Below, piece after piece: positions 1 to 12,599 of a stretch of 64,000 nucleotides of DNA. Position 1 is the stretch's first letter. Each line of letters starts with the position of its first letter. The notes beneath the pieces are model-generated. The model was given only the letters and a program-made list of their open reading frames with translations, made no database searches and had not been told where the DNA came from. The position numbers and the translations under genes are program-made. The DNA is from Lama glama. Taxonomy: Eukaryota. Where the stretch lies: the NCBI GenBank assembly GCA_028534125.1, contig CM052816.1, positions 80,416,001 through 80,480,000 on the forward strand. Direction: 5' to 3'.

Positions 1-51
1 GCGGTTGGTTGAATCTGTGATGCGGAACCTGCTGATACGGAGGGTTGACTG
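1..51 (+). mobile_element. Terminal end of a MER2/Tigger-type DNA transposon
   Basis: ggttggttgaatctgtgatgcggaacc...gatacggagggttgactg resembles the MER2 terminal inverted repeat end. Confidence 0.65.
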
Positions 52-1639
52 GACGTTTCTAGGTTCTTCAGTGACTTCCATGCATGGGGGCAAGGGACGA
101 GAGGAAGCTAATACTTTCTGCAAACGCACATGCTTCTTCCCGTGTTCGTGATCTTCTAGTCTAAGCACTTGTAGTCAGTACTCTGCAGTCACTTTAAGGC
201 ATTAGCCCCCTTAACATAGCATTCTTTTAAGAAGCATATGACCTGTGTGATACAAATGAGAAAGCTGACTCTCACAGCAGATCTACAGCTAGTAGATGGA
301 AGAACCAGAATGTATATGACTCTAAAGCACAAATCCTCTTAGTGTTTAATAATCTTATTTAGAAATGTAAAAAAAAATCTGATTTTAGACATTTGTGCTT
401 ATTTATCTGCTTAGACTGCAGTAGACTCTACTTAAACATATTTAATTTATTTTTAAGTGTTCTGTAATTCACATTCTTTACAAAATCATTTTTCCAAATT
501 AGACAAGGCTGTTTTTCTTTTCTAGCACAGACATCATAACTTCTTTTTTCCTGTCACACATGCCGACATTTATTAGACAAACATTCATTAACAAGGCAGG
601 CACAGAACAGTGCGCAGATCTGTTCTGTAAGCTCTCTCTCCTCCTAGGTGCTCTGCCCCTTCTCTGTATGAAACCGCTCATGCCCAGCAGATGTGGCCAC
701 ATTCCAAGGCAGGATGTTGTGCAATCAGTGATCCTCCTAATCCCATCACTGGGTGTGGATCTGATGGAGGATTAAGCCCCACATGCCTTGTACATGTTTC
801 TGATCTTGCTGGAGTCTCATACTTTGCTCATGTAAGAGCAGAGAGGGTTGCTCAATTATCTTAGCAGTTTATACATTTTCAATATCTTTCATTTCTTCAG
901 TGAGATGACATTTCTAATAATACTCATTGTGCTAATTAACAAGACCCTAAGTTCACAATAATTTTTTTTTTATATATACACTGTGCTAATTAGCAAGGTA
1001 TAGACTGTTGATGGTGACCCAAAGGGTAGGATTAGTGAGAGCCACTCAGGGAATGTGGCTCTTTTTATTTTAATGCAAGCTGACCACCCTTGGGCTGCAC
1101 ATCAAGCATATTGTTAGCTTGGCCAGTCTTGGAATTTAAACTTGAACTCATTGGTGCATACACAATATCACACTAACTAGACTGAAATAGTTTACAGTAA
1201 GTTACAGACTTCATAACACTTGCTCTGGTAAGTACACTGGCCCTAGTTTTGTTTGGATGGGGTGGGAGATGAAGTGCCCTGTGATGATATGAATCTTAAC
1301 TTTGCTGAGCCGAATCCCATTGACTTACACATATTTCTCAATTACGTGTTCTTAATATGACTTTTCAGAATGCAGGGTCCTATCTCCTCCCCTCGTTATT
1401 CACAGGAGTGAGGTAAAGCTCACAGGATTCGGAGGAGTGGGGATGTCGAGCCAGTCAGGTATGTGTAATTTGAAATTTCCAAGCCATCCGGATACCACCC
1501 TCCTCCCCAACCCCACTGCCTCAGTTTCTCCTTCTGGCCAAAACATTCTTTGCACTTATGAATTGCATTGCAAATATTTTCTCAAAATGGTTTCCAGAGT
1601 GATTTCCCAGGACCTCTCAGTCTGAGGAGGAAAGTAAAA

Positions 1640-2010
1640 ACTTTGGCATAACACAACAGTTAATTGTTGTTGCCTTCACATCTGCAAGTTGGCTGGGAGT
1701 GTGTGGGGTGTGACTCTCCTGCGGGCTGAGCTCTCCTGCTCCGTGTATAAGCCTTCCGGGGCTGAGCCGGGGAGGGGCAGCAGCTTTGGGGAAAAACTCT
1801 TTCCAGGGCAACGGCAGAGGTGCCGAAGTGGCATGAGCACCACTGTGCAAGCTTAGTTCTCATGTTCGGTTGCACTGGGTCTGTTTCCATCCCTTTTACC
1901 AAAATAAGTCACGTGGACGAGCCCAAAGTCCAAGAGCAGAGAGGTGTCTCCTCGCTTGGAAATGGAGGGAGAGGGGGAGAATATATTCGAATAACCTAAT
2001 ATGTTGTAGG
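1640..2010. mobile_element. Old MaLR LTR (MLT1J/K/L-like)
   Basis: aagtcacgtggacgagcccaaagtccaagagcagagaggt motif typical of old MLT1 LTRs. Confidence 0.5.
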
Positions 2011-2039
2011 CTATGAATGAAAACAGTGCACCCTTTGGA

Positions 2040-2230
2040 GGAGTTTTTACTGTGCAAAGACTCCCACAGACGTTATCCCACTCAGTCCTTCAGTAGTCCT
2101 GTGAGGCACCTATTCTGCGTCCATTTTTAATGACCGATTAAGGCTTAGAGAGGTTAGAGATATTTGATAAAGGATGTCCACCTGATGGGTGACTGCTGGA
2201 ATCCTATCTTCTTCCCCTACATTATCTCAT
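2040..2230 (-). mobile_element. MIR SINE fragment
   Basis: cctgtgaggcacctatt...ccattttt...aggcttagagaggtta MIR core, antisense. Confidence 0.6.
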
Positions 2231-2829
2231 TCCCCACTTGACCTCCCACCAAGCATGGAGACCTTTGCACCCTGGGCTGCTACTGGAGAGCGTGGCTGTG
2301 GCCGTGGGTATTTCTCAGGGTTATTTGTTGATGGCAACCTAAGGGAGACTGGACGCCAGAATGGCCTGGCCAGTGCATCGCAAGCTTCCATGCACAAAGA
2401 GTGAACTTGTGTGATCGCCTTTGGTCCTTTCCCTGGCTGTAGCACTGACCGCTTTAGGTTGCATGTACCATGCATGTCCTCATGGTCTGTGTCTCTGCGT
2501 GTAAGCGTCTCATCGGCAGGGTTTGTGTCCTGTCTCCAGCAGTGTTTCTGATGCTGCCAGTTGTTTGTCTCCATTACTCTTCTTTTGGGTTTTGTTGTAG
2601 TTTTGTCTGTCGGTTTTGGCTTGGTTATTTTAGTCTGGTTTGCTTTTTTTTTTTTTTAACGAGGGAGTTTGGGGAGATTCAAAAGCCAGCAGTGCCTCCT
2701 TCTTCCCAGAGTCTACACATCTGATCATTTGTGGAGGCTTCCCTGGCCCTCCAGAGTGCCTGACTGCCACCTCCTTTGGACCCTCCTATACTGAATATCT
2801 TTATCTTATAACATCAGTGACACTTGCTG

Positions 2830-2950
2830 ATTTGAGGTAAGGGTCCTTCTGAAGGCAAGAGTTGCTTTTTAACTGTCTTCATTCTCCTGTACCCAGTTTG
2901 ATGCCTGGCATACAGAGTCCCTCAATAAGCATTTCTTAAATGAAGGAATA
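2830..2950 (+). mobile_element. L2 3' end
   Basis: gaaggcaagagttg...tgcctggcatacagagtccctcaataagcatttcttaaatgaa. Confidence 0.65.
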
Positions 2951-4222
2951 GATAAAATTGTGCTGCAAGTAGGTCCCACACCTGGAGGAGTAAACTTGTT
3001 GCCCTGTGCAAACTACCCAGTAATTATATGACCTCTCCCATGAAGAACAAGTCATGGGCTATTCACTCTGCCCGGCTGTTGCTAACGTCTATACCTTGAA
3101 AGAATGTCCAAGAGGTTTACTGGGGTGGGATGGAGGGTAAGGATTCAGAGATGTGGTGTCTGAAAAGGGGGAGGTCATATTGTTTTCTATTAGCTAATGT
3201 GTGGCTGTTACCTTCAGATGCCACCAGAGGAAGTTGCCTGAAGTCTTCATAAAACTATAAGCTGAAGAGTCGGTGAGGATATTTATGAGGAGTAATGGGG
3301 GAAGATGCAGAGAATAGGGACCCAGGTGGCCATCCGAGCCACGGTTTACACATTACTGTTACTGTAGCATCAGTGGAACAGAGACGTCTTTGGTGATAAG
3401 CATCACCCCCAACAGTGACACTGTGGGCAGCATCCTCTTGTTTGACAAATGCTACCTGCCCGTGGTTAGGATCCAGTTATCCAGTTTTGCACTTGGCCCA
3501 GTTCAGTTTTGCTAGGAGATAGTGGCTCAGGTGTGTGTTCAACAGAGAAATGAACTTTCCAACTCAGCGCCTTGCAGAAAGCTCTTTGGTTAGTCTGCAA
3601 AAACATGGTCCACTGAGAGGTCCACTCCCCAGCGACAAAGTGTCTCAGTGATTTGGCACTAGAATCACAAAGAATGAGAATCACAGGGATGGGGGCTACT
3701 TCAGCTGTCACCTTGACCTTTCCCTCACAGTGCCATTTTTTTGGTCACTGAGCTATCTGATGTCATATATAGTGTCCCCTCCTCAAGGACAGGTGTCCTG
3801 TCTTGCTCCTCTTTGTACCTTCAGTGCTGTTTCTGGTCCACAGTATGTGCTTAGTAAATGTTTCTAGAGTGAATGGGTTTGTTTTGAGGCTCTTATTTTT
3901 TCAGGGAGGAAACCACAGAGAAAAGCTAAGAGGGCCACGTGAGGACAGACGGGTGCTGTCTGGGGGGGAGTCAGAATGCAGACCCTGCTCACAAGTTAAG
4001 TGCGTTATCCAGTGTGTGACATGACATGACAGGGATGACCCCACGTCACAGTACGTCACGTCATGTCATGCCACGAAGCAGGCTCTCTAGTTGTTTATCT
4101 CCCGCTAAGCTGCCCAGCTATAATGTAGGCACACACCAGCTCTCTGAAACTGAAAGCTCTGATCTGTGCCATTGTCAATTTCTGTGGTATAAAAACGCCA
4201 CCGTGGCTGATTTCAAGCTACC

Positions 4223-4530
4223 TGGGTTAGTTTCCTGTGACTGCTGTCGCAAATTACCAGGAACTTGGAGGCTTCAGTCAACACAAATGCATTCTCTTTC
4301 AGTTCTGGAGCACAGTAATCCAAAATCAGCTTCACTGGGCTGAACTCAAAGTGTCAGCAGGACCACTCTCCGTCTGGAGGCTCTGGGGAGAATCGTTCCT
4401 GGCCTTTCCTGGCTCCTGGTGGCTGCTGGCATTGCTTGGCTTGTGACCACATCACTCCAGTTTCTGTCTTGGTGGTCACATTGCTTTCTCCTCTTCTGTG
4501 TGTGTCAAACCTCCTGCACACCTCTCATAA

Positions 4531-4569
<39 letters not shown>

Positions 4570-4758
4570 TGTATATATATATATACATATATATATATAT
4601 GAATGATTGCATTTATGACTCACCTGGATAATCCTCCCATCTCAAGATCCTTAACATATCTGCAAAACTGTTTGTTTTTGGTCATATAAATGAACATTCA
4701 CAGGTACCAGGAATTGGGACATGGTATCTTTTGGAGGGCCACTATTTAAGCAACCACA
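4223..4758 (-). mobile_element. MaLR solo LTR (MLT1C/D-like)
   Basis: Begins tgggttagtttcctgtgactgctgt, contains ggataatcctcccatctcaagatccttaac, ends caaccaca. Confidence 0.85.
4534..4600. repeat. (TA)n microsatellite inside the MLT1 LTR
   Basis: Interrupted TA dinucleotide run. Confidence 0.95.
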
Positions 4759-6377
4759 CCTCTGTTTAACAACCAGCTCACAAAATGCCTAATCATTTAG
4801 CAAATGAGCCTCACGAGCAGGTGCAAGAGGGCTGCAGGACAGCGCTGAATGTAACCTGCTTGCAGGAGTAGGCTGGGGCTGCTCCTAAATTTGCTGCTTC
4901 TACAGTCCTTAGTCTGGTGCAAGCCAGTATGAGCTAGTGCTTAAAAAGTACCTTTGAAATGGCTCTAAGAGACCTTAATGACAACCCTGAAACTAGTTAA
5001 TGTAAAGCCACACTTGTTTATTTCTAGGAAAAACCTCCAGGCTGTGAGAGCTGTAGCAGAAATGAATCATTGAAGGCTCAGGAACTCACAGCTTGGTGAG
5101 AGAGTTTAATGGGTCATGGCCAAAGTTTGCAGAACATTTAGCACTCTGGAAAACCCACGTATCTGCAGTGACTCAGTTTCTGAATGTTCCCCTCAGGTCA
5201 AATTTTCCAGTCCCAGTTTCTTTGTCTTTTTGTTTTTCCGCGTGTCCTTTGTCTCATCTGCCTCACTAGACTGAGCTCTCTGGGCGGGGATTGTGTGTTC
5301 AGATTCCTCATTACCCGTGACCGTCTCCCTGCCCCTAGTCCTGCAAGGCTGGTGCAGTGCCTTGAACTTGGTGCCTCCGTGATAGTTGGGTTATGCGCGA
5401 GGTGACTGAGCCCCTCACTGGACTGAAGCATGGGTACGTGTGTGCTAAGACTGCTGACTGAGGGGAAACCAGAACAGGCCTTGTATTTCCCTAAAGTTAC
5501 CAAATCCTGTATCGTTGTGGCATCTCCTGTGGTTCCAGTGCTTGGCTGGCACAGGTTGTGTTGCCTGGGCCCTCACAGTGCCAAATGTCCTGGTGCCAAG
5601 AGCATTTTCAACAATGTTGGTCCCACATCCCTCTAATCCCAAAACAGACTCTGGCCTCCTGCTCTCTGCTGCTGCTTCGTTTAGTGACCTTGTCCCAGTT
5701 TCCCTCTACCTGGGTTGAGGGGAAGATGGTGCGTGTGGCATGAGATGCCCTCCTGGTCTTTTACTGCGTCCAGGGCAGTTGACCAGACACAGCCCCTTTT
5801 ACCAGCCTTCACAATCTTACTTTCAGATGTCCAGCCAGTCCCTTAGACCAGCAAAGAAGGAAAGAGACAGGAAATACATTACGCAAGCATACAATATATG
5901 TCAGCTTTGGACTGGGTCGTTTACAGCATAGTTTTCTATTTAATCCTCTTGACAACGTAGACAATGGGGTGTTACCCTCATTTTATGGATGAGGAGATTC
6001 ATGAATGGCCAAAGAAGTGGCCAGTTAGCATTTAAATAAAATGGTTGGGGAATGGAAGTGCCTGATGAGTGGAAGGTAAAGCAGTAAACCTGGAATTATT
6101 CCCATTTTACAGAGAATGCAGCCATAGTCCAGAGTGGTTCAGAATGGGCTGGATTTCTCTGGTGGGGACTCCATCCCCCCATCATCAGTACCGACACTCC
6201 AAGCCCCCTCACACTGGCTCAGCCACGGTCAGCTGGAGTTCCATATTGCTGTGTTCCTCCGGTCCCAGGAACTTTCTCCTGTGAGACCCTACTTCACACT
6301 GGTTGTGAGGGGGCCTTATTTTAGAGAGAAGACTTATCCAAGTGTGAGCAGTTAAGTATGTTATTCATAACTTTCGA

Positions 6378-6501
6378 TTTTATTTACATTTTGGGGGGGT
6401 AATTAGGTTTATTTAAGTTTTTTTAATGGAGGTACTGGGAATTGAACCCAGGACCTCATGCATGCTAAACATGCACTCTACCATGAGCTATACCCTCTCC
6501 C
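6378..6501 (-). mobile_element. Camelid tRNA-Ala-derived SINE (vic-1 type)
   Basis: Reverse complement GGGAGAGGGTATAGCTCATGGTAGAGTGCATG...GGGTTCAATTCCCAGTACCTCCA with pol III A and B boxes, A-rich tail and CCTAATTACCCCCC motif. Confidence 0.85.
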
Positions 6502-6565
6502 GTAACTCTTTTAATCCTAGTGTTTACTAACCTCTATTTCTGATAACTCCCTGAGATAGTGGGGG

Positions 6566-7445
6566 TTTTTTCAGCTTTATTGAGGTATAATTGACACAAT
6601 TGTAAGTTATTTAACGTGTATAATGTGACGATTTGACTTATGTATACCTAGTGAAAGCATTTTCCTGTTGAGTTAACACATTCATTACCTCAAATGCTTA
6701 CCTTTTTTTTAAAGAGAACATAAGTTCTACTCTCTCTTAGCAAATTTTACTTATACAACACACTGATATCAACTGTAGTCACCATGTTTTATATTTGATC
6801 TTCAGACCTTACTCATTTCATAACAGAAAGTTGTACTCTTTTACTAACCTCTTCCTATTTCTCCCACTTCTCAGCTTGTGGCAAATACTTTTCTATTATT
6901 TTTAAGAGTTTGACTTTTTTTCCCCTTAAGATTCCACATATAGGTGATACATGCCATGTAGTATTTGTCTTTTTTGGTCTGGCTTATTTCACGTAGCTTA
7001 ATGTCCTCTAGGTTTACCCATGTTGTCACAAATGTCATGATTTCCTTCTTTTTCAAGGCTGAATGATATTCCAGTGTGTGTGTGTGTGTGTGTGTGTGTA
7101 TTATATATACCACTTTTTCTTTTATATTCATCTATGGATAGACATTAAGTTCATTTTCATACCTTGGCTATGGTGAATAATGCTTCAGTCAACATGGGAT
7201 TGCAACTATGTCTTTGAGATAATGACTTTGCTTCCTTTGGATATATATACATACCCAGAAGTGGGATTCCTGGATCATATGTTCTGCTTTTCAATATCTC
7301 GAGGAACCTCCATACTTTTTCCATAATGGCTATACCAATTTACACTTCCACCAACAGGGCACAAGGATTCCCTTTTTCTCCATATCCTCACCAACACGTT
7401 TTATTAATTTTTTTGATAATAACTATCCTAACAGATATGAGGGGT
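6566..7445 (-). mobile_element. L1 3' UTR and ORF2 end (L1MA-like)
   Basis: Starts ttttcagctttattgaggtataattgac; minus-strand ORF ..EYHSALKKKEIMTFVTTWVNLEDIKLREISQ is L1 ORF2 C-terminal; (TG)n at about 7074-7099. Confidence 0.9.
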
Positions 7446-8009
7446 TAGCTAACCCAACAGGTGTTAGGTATTAGGAAGAGATACCTAGCAGGTGTGTGAG
7501 TTTCCAGGCACTGGTATTTAAATAGACTACAACACTAATGGCGTCGCCTTGAGCTTTACAGGGCAGGAGTCCTCTTCGACAGACTTAGCCAGGAAGATTA
7601 CAGACCCTTGACCACTCTTAAGAGTGTAAAAGTGAAGCATAAATTCTCCTTGTCTAGCACCTGGTCCTGGGACTTGGGGAGGCTAGGCTTCTAAATTTGT
7701 TGACATGCTATAAGCTAAGGGATTGCTTGTTAACACTCTTGTTATCAAGATATTACCTTCTCATGCCTGAATTTAGAGATTCTTTTATAGAAGAAGGTTT
7801 CTCAGATTCTTTTCAATCTCGCCTTCTATGAATTCTTGGCTTTTCACTTGGGACGTGATTTGATCCTGTAGCAGCTGGAAAGAGGTCAGGCGGCTTTGAA
7901 GGACTCTCCAACCATCAGTAGTCACAGAGGTCATCCATCATCCAGTCTCCCATCCCTTAAGGCAGTTCAGTCCACACAGCTCTCATTTGAAATCACATAA
8001 TTTTGATCT

Positions 8010-8335
8010 TTTATGTATTTTTATTGAGGTATAATTCATGCATATTAAATTAGTTTCAGGTGTACAATATAATGATTTGATATTTGCATATATTGTGAAA
8101 TGATCACCACAATAAGTCTAGTTAACATCCATCGCCATACACAGATGCAAAAAATATTTTTCTTGTGTGATAAGGACTTTTAAGATCTCTCTTAGCAACC
8201 ATCAGATATGCAATACAGTGTCGCCTGTGTTGTCAGCTGTAGTCACCATGCTGTTCATTACATCCCCATGATTTGTTTATTTTATAACTGGAAGCCTTTT
8301 GACCTCCTTCAACCATTTAGCACCCCCTCCCCAGT
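8010..8335 (-). mobile_element. L1 3' end (L1MA9-like)
   Basis: ttttattgaggtataatt...tcaggtgtacaatataatgatttgat...gtagtcaccatgctgt. Confidence 0.85.
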
Positions 8336-8816
8336 GTTAACCCCTTAAATAAAGATGATGTGGCTGAGATTTTGGGTGTTGATGTGAGATTGGTCTTTGC
8401 ACCACAGCTTTGTCATGGGGTTGGAATGACAAGTAGCTCTCATGATATTAACAATTACAAAGTTGGAACTGACATACTTGATGTACAGTTAAAAAGGATT
8501 CCAGTCTGTAGTGGGCAGTTTGGCTCAACAGGATGCCTCTTCAGTGTCAAATACTATGAAATAATAGCTGATCTTACAGTTCTTCCCATCTTTCCCTTTC
8601 CCTATGCTTCAAAGAGAGATGGGAGAGCAGCGTTTGGTTTCTGGAGACTTTGGACAGGTTCCATTTTGTGTCATCCTTTTGACTTTCAGCCTTTAGCTTA
8701 AGGTTTTGTTCCCTGTTAAAGTTAAGCTTCCTCCTCAAAGGAGGGGGAGGGGTCACGAAACTGTTCAAGCTGTTTTCAATTCAAAGCAGTGGTTCTACAT
8801 CAACTGCTTTCTCCAA

Positions 8817-8965
8817 GCCAGTTCTGAACCTTGGTTGCACATTAGAATCACATGGGGAGCTTTGAAAACTACTGGTGCCTTTGTCTCACCACCAGGAACT
8901 TGGATTCAGTTGGTTTAAAGGCTCACCAGGTGACTCTCATGCACAGCTGAGCTTAGACTCAATGG
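8817..8965. mobile_element. MER5A-like hAT-Charlie MITE
   Basis: gttctgaaccttggttgcacattagaatcacatggggagc...ccaggtgactctcatgcacagc. Confidence 0.75.
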
Positions 8966-10487
8966 CTTAGAAGGAGCCAATGGAAGTTTTGATGGGGCTG
9001 GAGGAGACATATAGGGTCTCTGGGTAGCTTGGAATTAGGGATGATAATGCAGGGAAGAAAAGCGAGGAAAGAATGGAGAGGAAGAGAATGGGCACAGGAA
9101 AGAAAGCTGAACAAGGGAAAGACAGGCTTCTCAGATCTCTCTTTTGCTAGATTGGTCCAGGGAGGAAACTTACCCTTCTAACCTACTCAGTTAAATGATT
9201 TCCACCAGGGATGCTAAACCTAACCTCATGCCAGGAGATGAAGGCATCAGAAATTGAAAGAGACCTACAGCCTAAGATTTCACGTTGCCTGATTGGCCTC
9301 ATACATGAACGAGTTTCTCCAGTGTCTACCATATGCCAGGCCCACTGCTTGATGCAGGTGTGAATGAGACAGACCTGGCAGCCTTGCCCTCATGGCACAC
9401 TCTGTGTGGCACGTCCGCTGTAGGACTGCAGTCTGTTCCACCGAGGTCCTTATGGATGAGACATTCACACAATGCACCTAATGCTGAGGGCAACATCATT
9501 GTGCATGTATCTCTGGGCACTTGTGCAAGTTTTCTCTCTCGCCAACAGTGGGGAATAAACTGTGAGTTTTAGTGGTTCTCCACATGCCCAGAAAGACTGG
9601 ATTTATTGTGACGGAGGTGCCAGTTGGTGGAGACAGTGGGGCTCTCCCAGTGGGACCTCCAGGTGTTCTGCCTGGGCTTTTTGTTGTTACTCCTCAGCTG
9701 ACGTCAGCATTTAGTTGCCATTAAAGCAATTTGCCTAAGGTATCTGATGCCTTCTTTCTTTTCAGCCTTTACTTGGTTTGGTGGGGGAGACAGGGCAGAT
9801 TTTCAGAGCCTTCTGCATTGGGGCTCCTATTGACTGTGAGGGAAAGGGGCTCTGAGGGGAGCATTGTGCATCCCTGCTGGACCCCGTCATCCCAGCTCCC
9901 CGCTTCCTCTACACCGGAAGTACCTGCCAGAGCTACGGGAGTCTGTTCACTCACCGAAGGGTGAGACAGAAGTGGGACACAGGCACCAGTAGTTTTCAAA
10001 GCTCTGCGTAGCTTACTTCCTAGAGTCCCCTTTCATTTTGTTCCCAAGTGTGCTTCTGGATGACACTTCTCAAAATTTTTGGTACAAGACAGACTGCTTC
10101 CTTGTTTCAGTGCTGTGAATAGATTCTTCCCCCATATTAAATTATTTATTCATTGCATGTGATTTCGGGGGCTCTGGAGTTCTGTTTTGTTTGTTTGCTT
10201 GCTTCTGCCCTGGGTTTCCCGGACGCCTGTCCTGTTTTTGGTGTACTCCGTCAGAGGGCATTAGATGGGAGCGGCGTGTTGTTGTGTTCCCACAGAACGC
10301 TATGTTCGCTGGTGTATGATAACACATTTCAAATCGCTGAGCTTGCCAGCCTCATGGTTCCCTTCTCTTTACTGCTGGGGCAGTCCAGGGGAGATGCTTA
10401 TTACAGATTGGATTTACTTGAATCCTTCAGCTCATGGGTCCTACAGTGCTTATTTTAGGGCTGGAATATCCCAGTTTTCCTCCGCGC

Positions 10488-12490
10488 TGCCTTTAGAGTT
10501 TCCAAATAAAACCCAGATTTTGCGGTCCATGAAAGTCTGTTCTTGTGACCAGCTGCCTGAAAGGAATGAATTTTTAAAGTGCTTTTTTAAAATATATTTA
10601 GAACTTTTATTTTGTAACATTAAAAAAACATTGAGAGCTTTCTAGTTACTGAGAATGAGATGAGATATTGGTGTCTCTGGGAGGAGGAGAACATGCGGGA
10701 GCTCTCCCTCTAAGAACAGTTCAGGCTGCCGATGAAGTTGTTTCTGGAGCTGAATTTCCGACAGGTGGCAGCTCACGATGTGATTCATAGAGTTGGAATG
10801 TATACTGGCTTCTCGCTTTTCCCTTGACTTCTGGGAAGTTCACCTCTTGCAGACTCAGAGGGAAATATTCAGGTGTGTGCCTCAAACGCCTGCCTACCAA
10901 GCCGGAGGCTGCCGCCTCTCCTGCTGCTGAAGTGCCCCCCGCAGCGGCAGGTCCGAAGGGAAACACGAGTATAGGAAGGGCGTCAGCTAGGCGGTGGGCA
11001 CACCACGCCCTACCTGCACCACTGTCTCCAGTCCAGGGGACATCGCCCACTCGAGCAGGTGTAATTGAGTGGCTGTGCTACAAAGCGAGAAGGCAGTACA
11101 GCACGATGAGAATCGGCTCATGCACCAGGCTGGAGCCAAAGAAACGCCGCCCACCCAGGCCGGCACTGTCTTGATGGCCTGAGTGTCCTCAGCTCTCCTC
11201 TTCTGAAATAATGAGAACACTTGAAGAGACAGCCGAGTCTCTTCTCCCTCAGGAATAATTCTTTGACTCTTCTGAAAACACTTACCTGTCCTTTCTGAAA
11301 GCTTTCCGAGTCTGTGCCACGTTCTGACACTTGTTTATGTGCTGTGTTCTTCGTTCCCCTCACGTTTTGTGCATCAGTCATGACTCCTCAAGCAGACGTA
11401 TGCTCAGAGAGAGGGAAAATGCACAACACATTGAGGTGGAGAATCACTGCACTTGGCCAAGGGGTCATCTGGTCAACCTTTCCCCCCATTATGAACATTA
11501 AGTTTATTTAAGACAGCCAAGGCTGATTAGGCTTTAGCCTCCACCTTTTATTCCACACTAATTTTTCACTCCTTCCGACAGACCCTTCTTCTCCAGTCAA
11601 GCCTGGATATTTATTCTTCTCTGCCATTGCTTTCTTTGGGTCTTCAATTCAATTGTTCTTCTTGTTTCATTTTCGCTTTGCCCAGTGTCTTAAAATTCTG
11701 TCCTTCCTTCAAGGCTCCTTCACCACTGAAACCCAGAAGGAGCCTTGAGAAGTCTGCATTGCTGATTCGTCCCATACTAACACTGACACCTAATAATGTA
11801 GTGCTTGATGACGACTGATCTTGTTTCATGTGTGTCTTTTCTGTCCACCAGTCTAAGAGGTTAAGACTACAGCTACTACTTCTGTATTATTTTAGAGCCC
11901 AGGATCATGCAATAAATAATTATTGCTGGTACCATCTTGCTAATAGTGCCAGACTTTGAGATTCATTTAGAAAAGGGCCTAGTTTAACAAACAGGATGCT
12001 ATCTAGGAGTCTCACAGAGAAAACACAATAATACATTGAGTTGTGGATTTCAAATTGGATATGAAGGTATCAAACAGAGCTTCAAGTGAAAATGTATCAA
12101 ACAAGTAAGAAGAAAACCGGGTAAAACAGCCAATCTAGCCTTTCATTTTGAAAAATTTCAAATTCAGTTAAAGACATGATTGGATAGCCTTCCACTTATA
12201 TCAATGCATAGTCCATCCAGACTTTAAGAAACCTAACTCCCTAAAACACCTGCTGTGAGATGTTTTATCAAATATTTCAGGAATTTAAACTATTCAGAAG
12301 GTTATTCTTAAGAAATGAAAAACCTGTAAAGTTTATTCTATGCAACTTCAATTCCTAATTAAAACAAATAAGAACATTTGACATTTTCCTTTAAAATTTT
12401 AGAAATTTTAGGCAGCTGGTCACAAGAACAGTCTTTCTTTCACGGACACGGACAGCAGAGTCTGGGTTTTATTTGGAAACTCTAAAGGCA
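10488..12490. repeat. Long-range inverted repeat pair (arms 10488-10558 and 12410-12490)
   Basis: Arm 2 is the reverse complement of arm 1: first 30 bp identical, 66 of 71 aligned positions identical, plus 6-nt and 4-nt tandem duplications in arm 2. Confidence 0.95.
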
Positions 12491-12521
12491 TAGAAATAAG
12501 ATTATTCTTCATTTTAGACAC

Positions 12522-12572
12522 TATATATATGTATATATACATATATATATACACACACACACATATATATAT
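12522..12572. repeat. (TA)n/(CA)n compound microsatellite
   Basis: Directly visible. Confidence 0.9.
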
Positions 12573-12599
12573 AAAGCCATAATGGAGGAAAAGAGTTAT

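Larger units (their letters stand above)
4110..4847. mobile_element. MER63-type hAT DNA transposon split by an MLT1 LTR
   Basis: Left part ...ccaccgtggctgatttcaagctacc; right part tttaacaaccagctcacaaaatgcct...ctgcaggacagcgctg; both resemble MER63. Confidence 0.6.

Noticed and set aside
928..997. 16-bp direct repeat tgtgctaatt(a/g)caag flanking a T/TA-rich spacer
   Set aside because: Possibly an old small duplication or TSD, but the insert is unrecognisable and too short to interpret.
3221..3234. CTCF-like ccaccagaggaagt (and the reverse motif near 18434-18447)
   Set aside because: Several mismatches in the GGCGC part of the core.
6425..6501. tRNA-Ala-like sequence (also 20010-20088)
   Set aside because: Carries the SINE tail and mutated stems; it is a SINE head, not a tRNA gene.
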